A DNA stretch of 64,000 bases from Vulcanimicrobiota bacterium. GTDB lineage: Bacteria > Vulcanimicrobiota > Vulcanimicrobiia > Vulcanimicrobiales > Vulcanimicrobiaceae. The notes beneath the pieces are model-generated. The model was given only the letters and a program-made list of their open reading frames with translations, was not told the DNA's origin and made no database searches. Both the position numbers and the translations under genes were made by a program. The stretch covers positions 128,001 through 192,000 of the forward strand of contig CAVZQC010000005.1 of assembly GCA_963777315.1 (NCBI GenBank), given 5' to 3'. Positions 31,618 to 41,636 of this stretch are shown here, in pieces. Each line of letters begins with the position of its first letter. Within the stretch, counting starts at the first letter, position 1.

Positions 31618-33879
31618 GTGAGCGTCACCGATAGCGCCCGAGCTGAGGACGGCACGGCCGCGACGATCATCGGCATCGAGACGTGCTGCTCAGCCCTCGA
31701 TTACGATTGGCTCGAGAAGGCGGTGCGCAACGTAGGCGGCGTTCGCGACGTCGGTATCGACCGTACGAGCAACGATCTCGAGGTCGCGTACGATCCTTCC
31801 GATATCACGCCGCAGCAATTGGTCGAGCGGATCCGGCGTGACGGCTTCCGCTGCACGTGCGAAACAGAGCAAGCCAAGCCTGAGGCGCACGTGCACGAGC
31901 AACACTCCGCGGCGATGATCGATGAGATGCTGCGCAAGGCAATCGCTTCGGCGATACTCACGATTCCGATCGTGCTCTACTCTCCGATCGGGCACGCCTT
32001 GGGATTCCGCGGAACGCTGCCGTTCGGCGTCTCGGAATCGATTCTTGGATTCATCCTTGCGACACCGATCGTGCTGTGGGGCGGCTGGGTGTTTTTGTCG
32101 AGCGCCTGGAGCGCGCTGCTGCGCCGGGAAGCGAATATGATGACGCTCATCGCGCTCGGCATCCTCGTGAGCTACGTGTACTCCGTTGTTGCGACGTTTG
32201 TAACGCATGGGGACGTGTTCTACGATGCAGCCGGCATGCTCACGGCGTTCTCACTCGTCGGCCACTGGATGGAGATGCGCAGCCGTTTTGCCACTGGCCG
32301 CGCCGTCGAAGCGCTCTTGAATCTCGCTCCGCCAACCGCTCGCGTACGCCGTAACCGAGCGGAAACCGAGGTTCCACTCGAGCAAGTCGTCGTCGGCGAC
32401 GACGTGATTGTACGACCCGGCGCTCGCGTACCGGTTGACGGCGTCGTGGTCAGCGGCCAAAGCTTCGTCGATGAGTCGATGATCAGCGGCGAGCCCATTC
32501 CCGTCGAGAAAAAGCCCGGCGCGAAGGTGATCGGCGGCACCGTCAATCAAACGGGCAGCTTTGTCTTCACCGCGCAGGCCGTCGGCGCCGACACGGCGCT
32601 CTCACGTATCGTGAGCATGGTTCGCGACGCCCAAGCTTCGAAAGCACCGGCTCAAGAAATGGCCGACCTCGCCGGCAAGTATTTGGTCTTCGCCGCGATC
32701 GGGTCAGGTGGTATCGCGTTTCTCGTCTGGTACCTGTCGGGCGCCGGTGTGCTATTCGCCATTACGGCGGCCGTCTCCACGATCGTCATCGCCTGTCCGG
32801 ACGCGCTCGCGCTCGCAACGCCGACGGCGATCACCGTTGGCGTCGGGAAAGGCGCGCGTAACGGTGTCCTTTTCAAGAACGCGACCGCACTGGAGGCGAC
32901 CGCGAAGATCGATGATGTCGTTTTTGACAAGACTGGAACGCTAACGGCCGGAAAGCCGAGTTTGACCGACCTGCTGCCGCAAGCTCCTTTCACGGCGGAG
33001 CAACTCGCGAGGTTCGCCGCGACGGCCGATTCGAAATCCGAGCATCCGCTCGCGCAGGCGATCGTCGCCGGTGTGCAGGCGCGTGGTATCGATTTGCCCG
33101 AGCCAACCACGTTTGAAGCGCTGCCGGGACTCGGTGTTCGCGCGACGGTTGACGAAAAAACCGTCCTCCTCGGGAACGCCAGGCTGCTGCAGCGACAACA
33201 AATCCCGATTCCGTCCGATGCACAAGCTCGGGCGGCGCAGCTCGCGGCGAACGCAAAGACACCGATGTTCGTGGTCGTTGATGGAGGGCTCGCGGGCATC
33301 GTCGGCGTCGCAGACACGATTCGGCCGACAGCCCCCGCAGCGATCGCCGAGCTGCGCCGCATGGGCATTCGCACAGCCATGATTACGGGGGACAATCGCC
33401 ACACTGCGCAGGCCGTCGCGCGCGTGCTTGGCATCGACGACGTGCTTGCCGAAGTTCTGCCGGCCGATAAGGCGAACGAAATCAAGAAAATCCAACAACA
33501 AGGCCGTCGCGTCGCGATGGTCGGCGACGGTGTAAATGATGCGCCCGCGCTTGCGCAAGCGGATGTCGGCCTGGCGATCGGCGCAGGGACCGATGTCGCG
33601 GTTGAGACGGCGGAAGTAGTGCTGGTCAAGGACGATCCGGCATCGGTTGCGGTCGCGATCCAATTATCCCGTGCCGTACGCGCGAAGATCGTGCAAAATC
33701 TTTTTTGGGCTGCCGGCTACAACCTGCTCGCCATTCCCGTTGCGGGCGGTATCCTGTACCCCTCGCTGCATGTGCTGCTCGCGCCCGAGTGGGCGGCGCT
33801 ACTCATGAGCGCCTCTACCATTTCCGTTACGGCGAACGCACTCATGATAAATAGACTGCATTTGGTCCGAGCGCGTTAG
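31618..33879 (+). CDS. Heavy-metal (Cu-type) P1B ATPase
   Basis: HMA-like N-terminus, [34 protein letters not shown]...MSAS. Confidence 0.93.
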   Translation: MSVTDSARAEDGTAATIIGIETCCSALDYDWLEKAVRNVGGVRDVGIDRTSNDLEVAYDPSDITPQQLVERIRRDGFRCTCETEQAKPEAHVHEQHSAAMIDEMLRKAIASAILTIPIVLYSPIGHALGFRGTLPFGVSESILGFILATPIVLWGGWVFLSSAWSALLRREANMMTLIALGILVSYVYSVVATFVTHGDVFYDAAGMLTAFSLVGHWMEMRSRFATGRAVEALLNLAPPTARVRRNRAETEVPLEQVVVGDDVIVRPGARVPVDGVVVSGQSFVDESMISGEPIPVEKKPGAKVIGGTVNQTGSFVFTAQAVGADTALSRIVSMVRDAQASKAPAQEMADLAGKYLVFAAIGSGGIAFLVWYLSGAGVLFAITAAVSTIVIACPDALALATPTAITVGVGKGARNGVLFKNATALEATAKIDDVVFDKTGTLTAGKPSLTDLLPQAPFTAEQLARFAATADSKSEHPLAQAIVAGVQARGIDLPEPTTFEALPGLGVRATVDEKTVLLGNARLLQRQQIPIPSDAQARAAQLAANAKTPMFVVVDGGLAGIVGVADTIRPTAPAAIAELRRMGIRTAMITGDNRHTAQAVARVLGIDDVLAEVLPADKANEIKKIQQQGRRVAMVGDGVNDAPALAQADVGLAIGAGTDVAVETAEVVLVKDDPASVAVAIQLSRAVRAKIVQNLFWAAGYNLLAIPVAGGILYPSLHVLLAPEWAALLMSASTISVTANALMINRLHLVRAR

Positions 33880-33910
33880 TCGCGAGATCGGGCCCTAGAC
33901 TAAAAAGCGC

Positions 33911-34543
33911 CTACTTTTTTGTCGCGGTTTGGGGCAACCGGGAGACGGGGAGATGCCAGCCGTACTGAATGGCTCCGAACCGTAACCCAAAACACAACAC
34001 CATGCCCACTATGGTGATGACAATCGGATGAATGTGAAGCACGCTTCCACCCGCCACTACCGCCGCGCCCGCGAGGGCTGCGAGCGCGTACAGGTCGGCG
34101 CGCAGCACCGCCGGGATTTCATTGGCGAGAATGTCGCGCAACATGCCGCCCCCGATTCCCGTCAGCATGCCCAGCAATGCCGCCATCACCGGATGCAGTC
34201 CATGAGCCAGTGCCTTTTGCGTGCCGGCGACTGCGAAAAACGCCAGACCTAACGCGTCGAACCATAGCACCGGATGATTGAGCCGAGCCATGACCGGATA
34301 CCAAAGAAACGTTATTAAACCCGCCAAGATACTGACCGCAAGATAATTCCAACTCGAGATCGCGGCCGGCGGAACCGCGCCGATCAGCAAGTCCCGTGTG
34401 ATGCCGCCCGCGTTGCCTGCGGCAAAAGCGAGCACCATGATGCCGAAGATGTCGAGCCGGTGTTTAACTGCCGTCGCTGCGCCGCTGATTGCGAACACGA
34501 ATGTGCCGCCCAAGTCCAGCACCAGCGACAGGATATGGCCCAT
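33911..34543 (-). CDS. Trimeric intracellular cation channel (YadS/UPF0126) family membrane protein
   Basis: Duplicated FAISGA...GGITRD / FAVAG...GGGMLRD units. Confidence 0.9.
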   Translation of the reverse strand: MGHILSLVLDLGGTFVFAISGAATAVKHRLDIFGIMVLAFAAGNAGGITRDLLIGAVPPAAISSWNYLAVSILAGLITFLWYPVMARLNHPVLWFDALGLAFFAVAGTQKALAHGLHPVMAALLGMLTGIGGGMLRDILANEIPAVLRADLYALAALAGAAVVAGGSVLHIHPIVITIVGMVLCFGLRFGAIQYGWHLPVSRLPQTATKK

Positions 34544-34547
34544 GTTT

Positions 34548-35804
34548 CTACGCTGACAGCCAGGCTCGTGCAGCGGTCACCATCGCCTCCACGCCCGTTT
34601 CCAGCGTCGGATGAATCGTGGGCAAGAAGCGCGGATTATGATTGGTTGGGATTTCGTTGAGCCGGTTTGCCGCCTTGGCTTTCGCATACTCGGTCGGATC
34701 CGTTCCGCCGACGAACCAGAATACCGACGGTACATGCCACTCCGCTCCGAACGATCCGAAATCTTCACTTGCCGAGGCCGGTCCGGTTTCAACGATCCGG
34801 TCCGCCGCGAACGTCCGATGGAATGCGTCGAGGACCGTCTGCGTAGCGTTCGCGTCATTTGTTGCCAAAGGATAGCGATCCAGCGCGGTGATTTCCGGCG
34901 GTTTCGGAGCGCCCGACGCCGCGGCCTCGGCATTGACGATACGTTCGACGGCGGCGAGCACGCGTTTGCGAACCCCTTCGTCAAAAGTCCGTATGTTGAG
35001 TTTGATAACGGCCTCGTCGGGAATCACGTTTTCTTTCGTGCCCGCCTGCAGCACGCCGACGGTGAGCACCGCAGATTCCGAAGCTGCAACCTCGCGCGAA
35101 ACGATCGTCTGCAGCCGGAGCACCGTCGCAGCCGCCATCACCACCGGATCGATACTGGCCTGCGGCATCGAGCCATGGGCGCCGCGTCCGAAAAGCCGAA
35201 TCTGCAGGCTGTCTGCAGCGGAGGTGATTGCACCGGGCCGTCCCCCGACGTTACCGGCCGAACCGACCATGACGTGCTGACCGAGCACGACGTCGGGTTT
35301 CGGAAACCGTTTGAACAGGCCGTCGTCGATCATCGCCTGCGCGCCTTCCGCCGTCTCTTCGGCCGGTTGGAAGACTGCGAGCAGCGTGCCATCCCAGGCC
35401 GAACGCGCCTGCGCCAGCAGCTGCATCGTACCGACGAGCCAGGTAACGTGCATATCGTGTCCGCAAGCGTGCATCACCGGCACTATCTTGCCGTCGCGGT
35501 CAGTGCCTTTAGCCTTACTCGCATAAGGCACGCCGGTGGCTTCCTGCACCGGCAGTGCATCCATGTCCGCGCGCAGCATGACGGTCGGCCCGTCGCCGTT
35601 TCGCAGTAGGCCGACCACTCCGGTCTGACCAACGCCCGTCGTCACCTCATAGCCGGCCGCGCGCAGCCGATCCGCAGCAAGGCCGGCGGTGCGCGTTTCC
35701 TGCATTGAAAGTTCGGGATGGGCGTGCACGTCTTTGTAAAAGCTTTCCAGATCGGAAAGCGAGCCATCCAAACGTGAAAGTACAGGATCTGAAGAAGTCA
35801 CCAT
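34548..35804 (-). CDS. M20-family amidohydrolase (hippurate hydrolase-like)
   Basis: HPELS, RADMDALP, HACGHD, QPAEE, GAHGS, SEDF; true start ATG 35804. Confidence 0.93.
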   Translation of the reverse strand: MVTSSDPVLSRLDGSLSDLESFYKDVHAHPELSMQETRTAGLAADRLRAAGYEVTTGVGQTGVVGLLRNGDGPTVMLRADMDALPVQEATGVPYASKAKGTDRDGKIVPVMHACGHDMHVTWLVGTMQLLAQARSAWDGTLLAVFQPAEETAEGAQAMIDDGLFKRFPKPDVVLGQHVMVGSAGNVGGRPGAITSAADSLQIRLFGRGAHGSMPQASIDPVVMAAATVLRLQTIVSREVAASESAVLTVGVLQAGTKENVIPDEAVIKLNIRTFDEGVRKRVLAAVERIVNAEAAASGAPKPPEITALDRYPLATNDANATQTVLDAFHRTFAADRIVETGPASASEDFGSFGAEWHVPSVFWFVGGTDPTEYAKAKAANRLNEIPTNHNPRFLPTIHPTLETGVEAMVTAARAWLSA

Positions 35805-35875
35805 ACAGCTACTCGCGTTTCGTATGCCCTCCGATAACGATGCGGTCGAGGGTTCGCTGCGTTGCGCGTCGCTGC

Positions 35876-36247
35876 CTACCGTAAAAGCAGGGTGAGCTCC
35901 CAATGCTGCGCGCACTCGTTTCGCGACATTGCCGTTGCGAAGCTGAGGCAAATCTCCGAAGTTCAGGCCCGCTTCGTGCCGCCCTTTCCCAAAGTGGCGA
36001 TACGCATAACTTGCATAGTCCGCCTCAAGGCGTCCGAAGGGCTCAACCTGGACGACAAGCATGATCAAAAAACTGCTGAGGTCCATCGCTCCATCCTCAC
36101 CCAGCGCCGCTCGCGCGACGATATCGCATTCAACGAGCGTAGGAGCTCCGATTCGTAAGCTGTCGGCGCGTTCGATCGCATCCCTATAGACGCGAGCGTC
36201 GGCTCGTTTCCCAGAATGGCGATGATTGCCGATGTGTCTAGAACCAT
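35876..36247 (-). pseudogene. vapC: VapC PIN-domain toxin, frameshifted twice and C-terminally truncated
   Basis: MVLDTSAIIAIL, then in another frame ...YRHFGKGRHEAGLNFGD, then CLSFATA; usual C-terminal LLFKGxDF motif absent. Confidence 0.8.
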
Positions 36248-36492
36248 TAGATAGGTAGTCCTGCGTCGTCGTAGCCCACGATTTCCTCATGCGTACGGGA
36301 ATCGACGACTTTGCGGGAACGCGCAATTTGCTCAATCCGATCGAGCGCCGCTGTCCGGTTCTTGCGGCGGCGTACCGTCGCGAGTCGTTCCCGGAGCGCC
36401 TCAGCGACGGCGTTCGTGAGCGTTTCGCCTGTCTCTGCGGCCAGCTCGCGGGCGAGCCTATTTGCCTCCTCACTCTTAATGCTTAACACCAT
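36247..36492 (-). CDS. vapB: VapB antitoxin (PSK_trans_fac/Rv0623-like)
   Basis: LSIKSEEANRLARELAAETGETLTNAV...GYDDAGLP; TAATG coupling to vapC. Confidence 0.88.
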   Translation of the reverse strand: MVLSIKSEEANRLARELAAETGETLTNAVAEALRERLATVRRRKNRTAALDRIEQIARSRKVVDSRTHEEIVGYDDAGLPI

Positions 36493-36595
36493 TGTGGCGC
36501 CATACTACCAAAAAAAGGCGGATAGGTGACAACGCCCCTTGATGAGAAGCCGCGCGAGGTTCCACCGCGGTCTCGCGTCGCCGTCGTTCGCTGCC

Positions 36596-37162
36596 TCAAA
36601 GCATAGGCAGCGGTGTTTCTCCCGAACGCACGGCGCGGTGACATTCTTCAAGAAAGGTTATCTGCGCGCGCTCGGATAGCGGAAATCCATACGCGCTCTG
36701 CTCTTCCATGGCTCTTTGCAAGTCCCAGCCCTGCGCTATGCGGACCAGCATGGCAAAGGTAGAAGCACGCCCGTGGCCGTCGTTGCAGTGCACGTACATT
36801 TTCCCATCCGTGCGATGACGCTGACATAGCAGCAGCCACTGCCGCGCTTGAGCGATCGTTGGCGGATGATGGTTCTTAACCGGGATATGCACGGGTTCGA
36901 TCTCCGGCGCACTCTCGGCCATTTCTTGCGATTCCTCGTGGGTGCGCAGATCGACGACGCAGTGAAAGCCGTGCGATGCAAGCCACTTGTAGCCTTCACG
37001 TGTTGGTTGTCCGCCTCGAAAGAGCCAGCTTTCAAGTGGTCCGAACGCGGGGAGATCGCGCTCCGCGGGCGCCGCATCTTCGAATGCTTCAAGATCGGCG
37101 CGCACCTTGCCGATCTGGTCCTGAATCGATCGATCGTCGTGCGGACCGCCGATTATATCCAT
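36596..37162 (-). CDS. Cys-based (tyrosine/dual-specificity) phosphatase family protein
   Basis: FRGGQP, VVDLR, VHCNDGHGRA (CX5R). Confidence 0.82.
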   Translation of the reverse strand: MDIIGGPHDDRSIQDQIGKVRADLEAFEDAAPAERDLPAFGPLESWLFRGGQPTREGYKWLASHGFHCVVDLRTHEESQEMAESAPEIEPVHIPVKNHHPPTIAQARQWLLLCQRHRTDGKMYVHCNDGHGRASTFAMLVRIAQGWDLQRAMEEQSAYGFPLSERAQITFLEECHRAVRSGETPLPML

Positions 37163-37333
37163 TTGCGAAGCATTTTTATATATTGCCTAAAAGCCTACCC
37201 ACCGCCGCTGTGCCATAACGGAGCGACCGATCCGTTGAATGCATCTTGGTTCTGCTGAGTGCATCTTCGTTCCGGCAAACGTGCGCGTCGGCGGCGGAAC
37301 GATTCGCGAACGGCCCTAGCGAAAGGCACCGTC

Positions 37334-37440
37334 GTGGCCGCTACGCCCAATCCTGTCCCCAGCCGCGAAGTACTGCCCAGCGGCACGGTGACGTTTGCGT
37401 TTACCGATATCGAAGGCAGCACGCAGCGCTGGGAGCGGCG
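37334..37440 (+). pseudogene. N-terminal fragment of an adenylate/guanylate cyclase-ATPase-TPR gene
   Basis: LPSGTVTFAFTDIEGSTQRWE class III cyclase start; similarity ends abruptly. Confidence 0.75.
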
Positions 37441-37472
37441 ATCTGCCGTCCGGTTCCAGCGAGGAGTCTGTT

Positions 37473-37943
37473 GTGAAACGATATTTCTTTGCACTACCCG
37501 TTTGTTGTGGAATTTTGCTGGCCGGCTGCGGTGGTGTGGGCTCAAGCTCGATGCATTCGGCAGCATCGCAGTCGCACGAAATGCTTCCTTTGGGTGTCGC
37601 TCATAAGAGCGATATAACAACCGCCGTGCTCCCGGAGTCGATCGATCCGTTGCAGCACCATTTTCCAGTAGTGCATGGAACCGCAGTCTACGCCGTGCCG
37701 ACATACGAAATTGACTACAGAAAGCCCGACGGAAGCGGATTTTCGACGTACGCGTACGGCAATGTAAGCGTCACCCGAACCGCATCAGCCATGATCCTAG
37801 TGGCGAACGGGATCAGCAAACCAGAAACGTTCCCGCCGTCCGCAACGATACGGAAAGCCCGATCAGCCCTTCTATTCGTACGGCCCGGAATGCAGAAGCC
37901 GTCTGTAGCCCAAAACTTATTGCCCGCTGCCATCATTCCATAG
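37473..37943 (+). CDS. Hypothetical lipoprotein
   Basis: GAGGAG SD, GTG start, lipobox LAGC followed by GG. Confidence 0.65.
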   Translation: MKRYFFALPVCCGILLAGCGGVGSSSMHSAASQSHEMLPLGVAHKSDITTAVLPESIDPLQHHFPVVHGTAVYAVPTYEIDYRKPDGSGFSTYAYGNVSVTRTASAMILVANGISKPETFPPSATIRKARSALLFVRPGMQKPSVAQNLLPAAIIP

Positions 37944-38061
37944 GATCGTTGAGACTTGGTCATTCAAGAAAGAGGTGGCGCCGGTTTTTCGAGCTGCGGA
38001 TAGCGCCTTCTAAACAGCACGAAGATGTTTTGCTGCTCGGTAATGCAGCGTCGGAAACAGC

Positions 38062-38178
38062 CGCCTCATGGCATTACTCGCCGATCAGTCCAATCCGGAC
38101 GATCTCGCGCGCATGCTCGCTGAAGGCGCCGCACTCTCTCCGGAAGTCGCCATTGCGGTCGCGCTCGCTGAGCCCTAG
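38062..38178 (+). pseudogene. Probable C-terminal fragment of the same cyclase-ATPase-TPR gene
   Basis: RLMALLADQSNPDDLARMLAEGAALSPEVAIAVALAEP* resembles the EGAAL..E.A..AL C-terminus of cyclase-ATPase-TPR proteins. Confidence 0.55.
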
Positions 38179-38191
38179 CGGCATGGCCGGA

Positions 38192-39052
38192 TTACGGTGT
38201 TTTCGTCGGGGCCGGATGCGGCATCGGCATTGGCATTGGCATTTCGCTCCCCATAATTGACATCATGAAGTGGTTCGTACGTTTGTAACCGGCGGGCGGC
38301 GCGAACAGGGAGGCGATCGGCATGGTGAGCGACACGGCCGACAGGTCCATCTTCATGGCGGCTGTCGCGATACCGGTGAACGCCATGTCGGCATGGACGG
38401 GCACGCCCGAAAGATCGTCGGCGAACGCTACGTTCGCGACTATTTGCTGAGGCGTTTTATCGGTGTGCCTCTGCATTACCGTCGTGAGACGGTACACGTG
38501 TGAGACATGGCCGTTGACGGGCTGATCGCCGACCAGCTCCGTGGTCGAGGAAAACTTGTCCAACTGCGTCATCGCGCGAAACATCCCACTGATATCGGAA
38601 AACGGCGAACGCGAACGTGCGGCCCTTTTTGGCGGATGCGACTTCGAATGCTCTCCTGGCGAACCAAGTTTGGTTTGATAATAGTACTTGCCCGTGGACG
38701 ACCACATGGTCAGCGTACCGTTCGCGGTGTTGACGAGCGCTGAGACGACGCCTTTCGGCAGCATCGCCGGCATAGCGCTGTTCGCATGGGGGTGTTGCGT
38801 TGTCACGGCCACTTTTAGGACGTCGATGCGCGTGAACGCATCGCGGTGTGCAACGCGAACATCGATCTGCACGGCGGCCGATTTGCCTTTCCCGCTGGTG
38901 CCGTTCACGCTCATCGTTCCGCTTGCGGTGAACGCCGGGAACAGCGCGGCGGCGCGTGTGGGGGCGGGCTTTGGCGTGGGCTTCGGCGTGGGAGCAGCGG
39001 CCGCAGTCGCGAGCGGGAGAAGGAGCGCGTACAAAACCCGGTGCGAGATCAT
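38192..39052 (-). CDS. Hypothetical secreted protein (DUF4412/LolA-like fold possible)
   Basis: Signal peptide, PTPKP linker, C-terminal LFAPPAGYK, Met/Pro-rich tail. Confidence 0.7.
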   Translation of the reverse strand: MISHRVLYALLLPLATAAAAPTPKPTPKPAPTRAAALFPAFTASGTMSVNGTSGKGKSAAVQIDVRVAHRDAFTRIDVLKVAVTTQHPHANSAMPAMLPKGVVSALVNTANGTLTMWSSTGKYYYQTKLGSPGEHSKSHPPKRAARSRSPFSDISGMFRAMTQLDKFSSTTELVGDQPVNGHVSHVYRLTTVMQRHTDKTPQQIVANVAFADDLSGVPVHADMAFTGIATAAMKMDLSAVSLTMPIASLFAPPAGYKRTNHFMMSIMGSEMPMPMPMPHPAPTKTP

Positions 39053-39246
39053 GCGCGCGTTTTCGCGCGCGCTCGCGCTCGCCCCCGCCCCCGCGTTCAC
39101 CGACGGACACTCCATTCCAATCGCGTCTGCCGGAATTTTGTTGCGAGAGTCCCAACGGGCCACCTCGCGCCGGCTAGTCGTTCAGGGTGGTTGACGACCG
39201 CCCGCTCGCCGTACGATAATAGGACCTCGAAGTCGGGAGGGACGAC

Positions 39247-40203
39247 ATGCAGCATCCGAACGTCGATATTCTGGTCGTGCCTCGCGAGCAGTTCGGCCGC
39301 ACCGCCGAATCGCTCGAAAGCATCTATGCCAACACCCGCGTGCCGTTCTCGCTCACCTACGTCGACGGCAACTCGCCCCGGCACATCCGGCGGTACCTGG
39401 AACGCAAGTCGAAAGAACTCGGCTTCACGCTCTTGCGCTACGATCGATATCTCTGCGCGAACGAAGCGCGCAATATTGGATTGCCTCATTGCCTGGGCGA
39501 GTACGTGGTATTCATCGACAACGACGTGTACGCCATGCCCGGTTGGCTGGAATACTTGATCGCGGGTGCGCTCGAAACGGGCGCCGCGATCGTCGGGCCT
39601 TTATACTACTTGGGTGATCCGCGCGAAAAGCGCATCCATACCGCCGGCGCGGATCTGTACGTGAAGGACGAAGGCGGCCGGCGAACGTTCGTCGAGCGCC
39701 ACCACTTCGTGAACGAGCTCGCCGACGATGTAAGCGCGGAGCTGCAACGGCAACCGGTGGGATTGGTCGAGTTTCACTGCCTGCTCGCGCGTAGAGACTT
39801 CGTTCAGGCCGTCGGGTTGGACGAGAATCTGCGCTCGTTCCTGGATCACGACGACTTCTGCCTTGCTGCGGCGAAAGCCGGCGCAAAAGTATACGTCGAA
39901 CCGCGCGCCATCGTTTCACACCTCTCACCGCCGCCCATTTCGCCGAGCGATCTGCCGTTTTTCATCCGGCGGTGGAGCAACGCCTGGATCGATCCGAGCA
40001 TTAAGCATTTCGCGCTCAAACACGGTCTGCGCTTCGACGACGACGGCCTGCAAGGACACTACCGCTATCGCGACGCCCACCGGTTACGTCTGATGGGACG
40101 GCTTCACGGGATCGTGCACCGGCTTTTCGGCAGGCGCGCCTCCGGCATGCTCGATCGCTTCGTCAACGCCTACGTTTTCGATCGTCTGCTGAACTTACGC
40201 TAG
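39247..40203 (+). CDS. Glycosyltransferase family 2
   Basis: VDGNS, ARNIG, YVVFIDND, EFHCLL; GGGAGG SD. Confidence 0.88.
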   Translation: MQHPNVDILVVPREQFGRTAESLESIYANTRVPFSLTYVDGNSPRHIRRYLERKSKELGFTLLRYDRYLCANEARNIGLPHCLGEYVVFIDNDVYAMPGWLEYLIAGALETGAAIVGPLYYLGDPREKRIHTAGADLYVKDEGGRRTFVERHHFVNELADDVSAELQRQPVGLVEFHCLLARRDFVQAVGLDENLRSFLDHDDFCLAAAKAGAKVYVEPRAIVSHLSPPPISPSDLPFFIRRWSNAWIDPSIKHFALKHGLRFDDDGLQGHYRYRDAHRLRLMGRLHGIVHRLFGRRASGMLDRFVNAYVFDRLLNLR

Positions 40204-40330
40204 AACCCGCGATCTGCAGACCCGCCGCGAATTCGTGCAGGTCCCTCCACCCCGCTAGGGGAATGCTCTCCCTGTCCCGGGGCCTAGAGCAGGCTCGCTA
40301 CTTCTTTTTTTTCTGATAAGGGGCCGCGCG

Positions 40331-41167
40331 ATGATCGTCCGTTCGAAGCTACAAGCCCGTTTCGCGGGTTTGGTCACCATGGCTGTAATGTTGGCAGCGT
40401 GCTCGGGCGGAGGCACGTTGATGCCGGCTCAGAACGAGGGGAGCGCGACACCGCTGTCCGGGATGCCAGGTCAAACGAGCGCGCCCGTAACGCTCGACGC
40501 CGCCCGTACACTTGCGCAGAACACCAGGAGTTACGGCAGGCAACTGTCCGTGACTCCCGCGTCGCTCACGTTCACCAGCAACTCGACGCAGACTCTTTCG
40601 GTCCGGATTCCAGGGAAAACGACTGTCTACGCCGCGTCGAGTGATGACAGGATCGCTACCGTCATGCTGCAACGCACCGACACGTCCGGTCCGACGACGA
40701 TTGTGTTGACCGTCACGCCTCGGGCGAACGGTAAAGCCTACATCGGCATCCTGGACCGCGCTCTCAGATATGCCATCGTGCCGGTCTGCGTCAACGTTCC
40801 AAGTATGCCGACGCCGGTTCCGAGCCCCACGCCGACCGCTTCGGTTAGTCCGACGCCAACGCCGACGCCGACGCCGACGCCAACGCCAACGCTGACACCG
40901 ACACCAACTCCTACGCCCACGCCCACAGCAACGCCGACACCGACACCAACGCCTACGCCCACAGCAACGCCGACGCCGACACCAACACCGACACCAACGC
41001 CGACGCCGACGCCTACTCCCACACCGCCGACGACAACAACGCCGACGCCGACGCCCACATCCACCCCGACGGGGGGCGGCGGTGGTTCTTGCAGCGCAAC
41101 GATACCACCGGACTACGGCACGGAGCACAAGAAAGGTACCAAGCGCGACGTCATTGTCGTATGCTAG
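40331..41167 (+). CDS. Lipoprotein with Ig-like segment and Pro-Thr linker
   Basis: Lipobox LAAC; long (PT)n tract; short Cys-containing C-terminus. Confidence 0.75.
   Translation: MIVRSKLQARFAGLVTMAVMLAACSGGGTLMPAQNEGSATPLSGMPGQTSAPVTLDAARTLAQNTRSYGRQLSVTPASLTFTSNSTQTLSVRIPGKTTVYAASSDDRIATVMLQRTDTSGPTTIVLTVTPRANGKAYIGILDRALRYAIVPVCVNVPSMPTPVPSPTPTASVSPTPTPTPTPTPTPTLTPTPTPTPTPTATPTPTPTPTPTATPTPTPTPTPTPTPTPTPTPPTTTTPTPTPTSTPTGGGGGSCSATIPPDYGTEHKKGTKRDVIVVC
40808..41070 (+). repeat. Coding 6-bp tandem repeat (CCNACN)n encoding Pro-Thr
   Basis: Directly visible ccgacg/ccaacg/ccgaca units. Confidence 0.9.
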
Positions 41168-41303
41168 CGATCATCGTCGCGCGTGATGTCCGGTGATCGC
41201 GCGTGAATGGGCTATCGATTCATTGCGATAGAGTGGGACGGCACCGAATTTTGAATGCCCGTCCTGAAAGGTTCGCAGCCCTCCAAACGGTATATGGTGC
41301 CGC

Positions 41304-41585
41304 ATGTCCAGGCTGTTGGAAGAATTGCCCGTCGGGACGCCGGTGCACGCCAAAGACGGCGTTCGAGTCGGCGAGGTTCGCGCCGTATACGGTTCGGGCG
41401 ACGGGCGCGTGGCGGAATTTTTGCTGGTTCGGTGGAGCGTCCGCGATGAGGAGGCGCTTGTCGCCGCCGACGAGGTGACGCAGATTTCCGAGCAGGGAGT
41501 GACGTTGGGAAAGAACGCCGGCTCCTACGATCTGCTCGCAGCGTTCGACCCTTCCGCCAACCCGATGCTCCACCGCCTGGTCTGA
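41304..41585 (+). CDS. PRC-barrel-like small protein
   Basis: GTPVHAKDGVRVGEVRAV...FLLV. Confidence 0.65.
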   Translation: MSRLLEELPVGTPVHAKDGVRVGEVRAVYGSGDGRVAEFLLVRWSVRDEEALVAADEVTQISEQGVTLGKNAGSYDLLAAFDPSANPMLHRLV

Positions 41586-41636
41586 TCCGCGCCCAAAAGA
41601 CCCCATGCCGACTGCGTCGTATACCATTGAATCGGC

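Noticed and set aside
34548..36473. 641-aa ORF suggesting a PIN-amidohydrolase fusion
   Set aside because: Chance read-through: the middle frame of the broken vapC is in frame with the amidohydrolase, and the upstream part overlaps vapB out of frame
39053..39246. GC-rich intergenic region as a possible riboswitch
   Set aside because: No riboswitch consensus recognised; explained by divergent promoters (TTGACG...GATAAT); an Rfam/Infernal scan would settle it
40808..41070. Tandem repeat as a possible CRISPR array or non-coding repeat
   Set aside because: 6-bp period with wobble at third positions, in frame as Pro-Thr; no spacers and no cas genes
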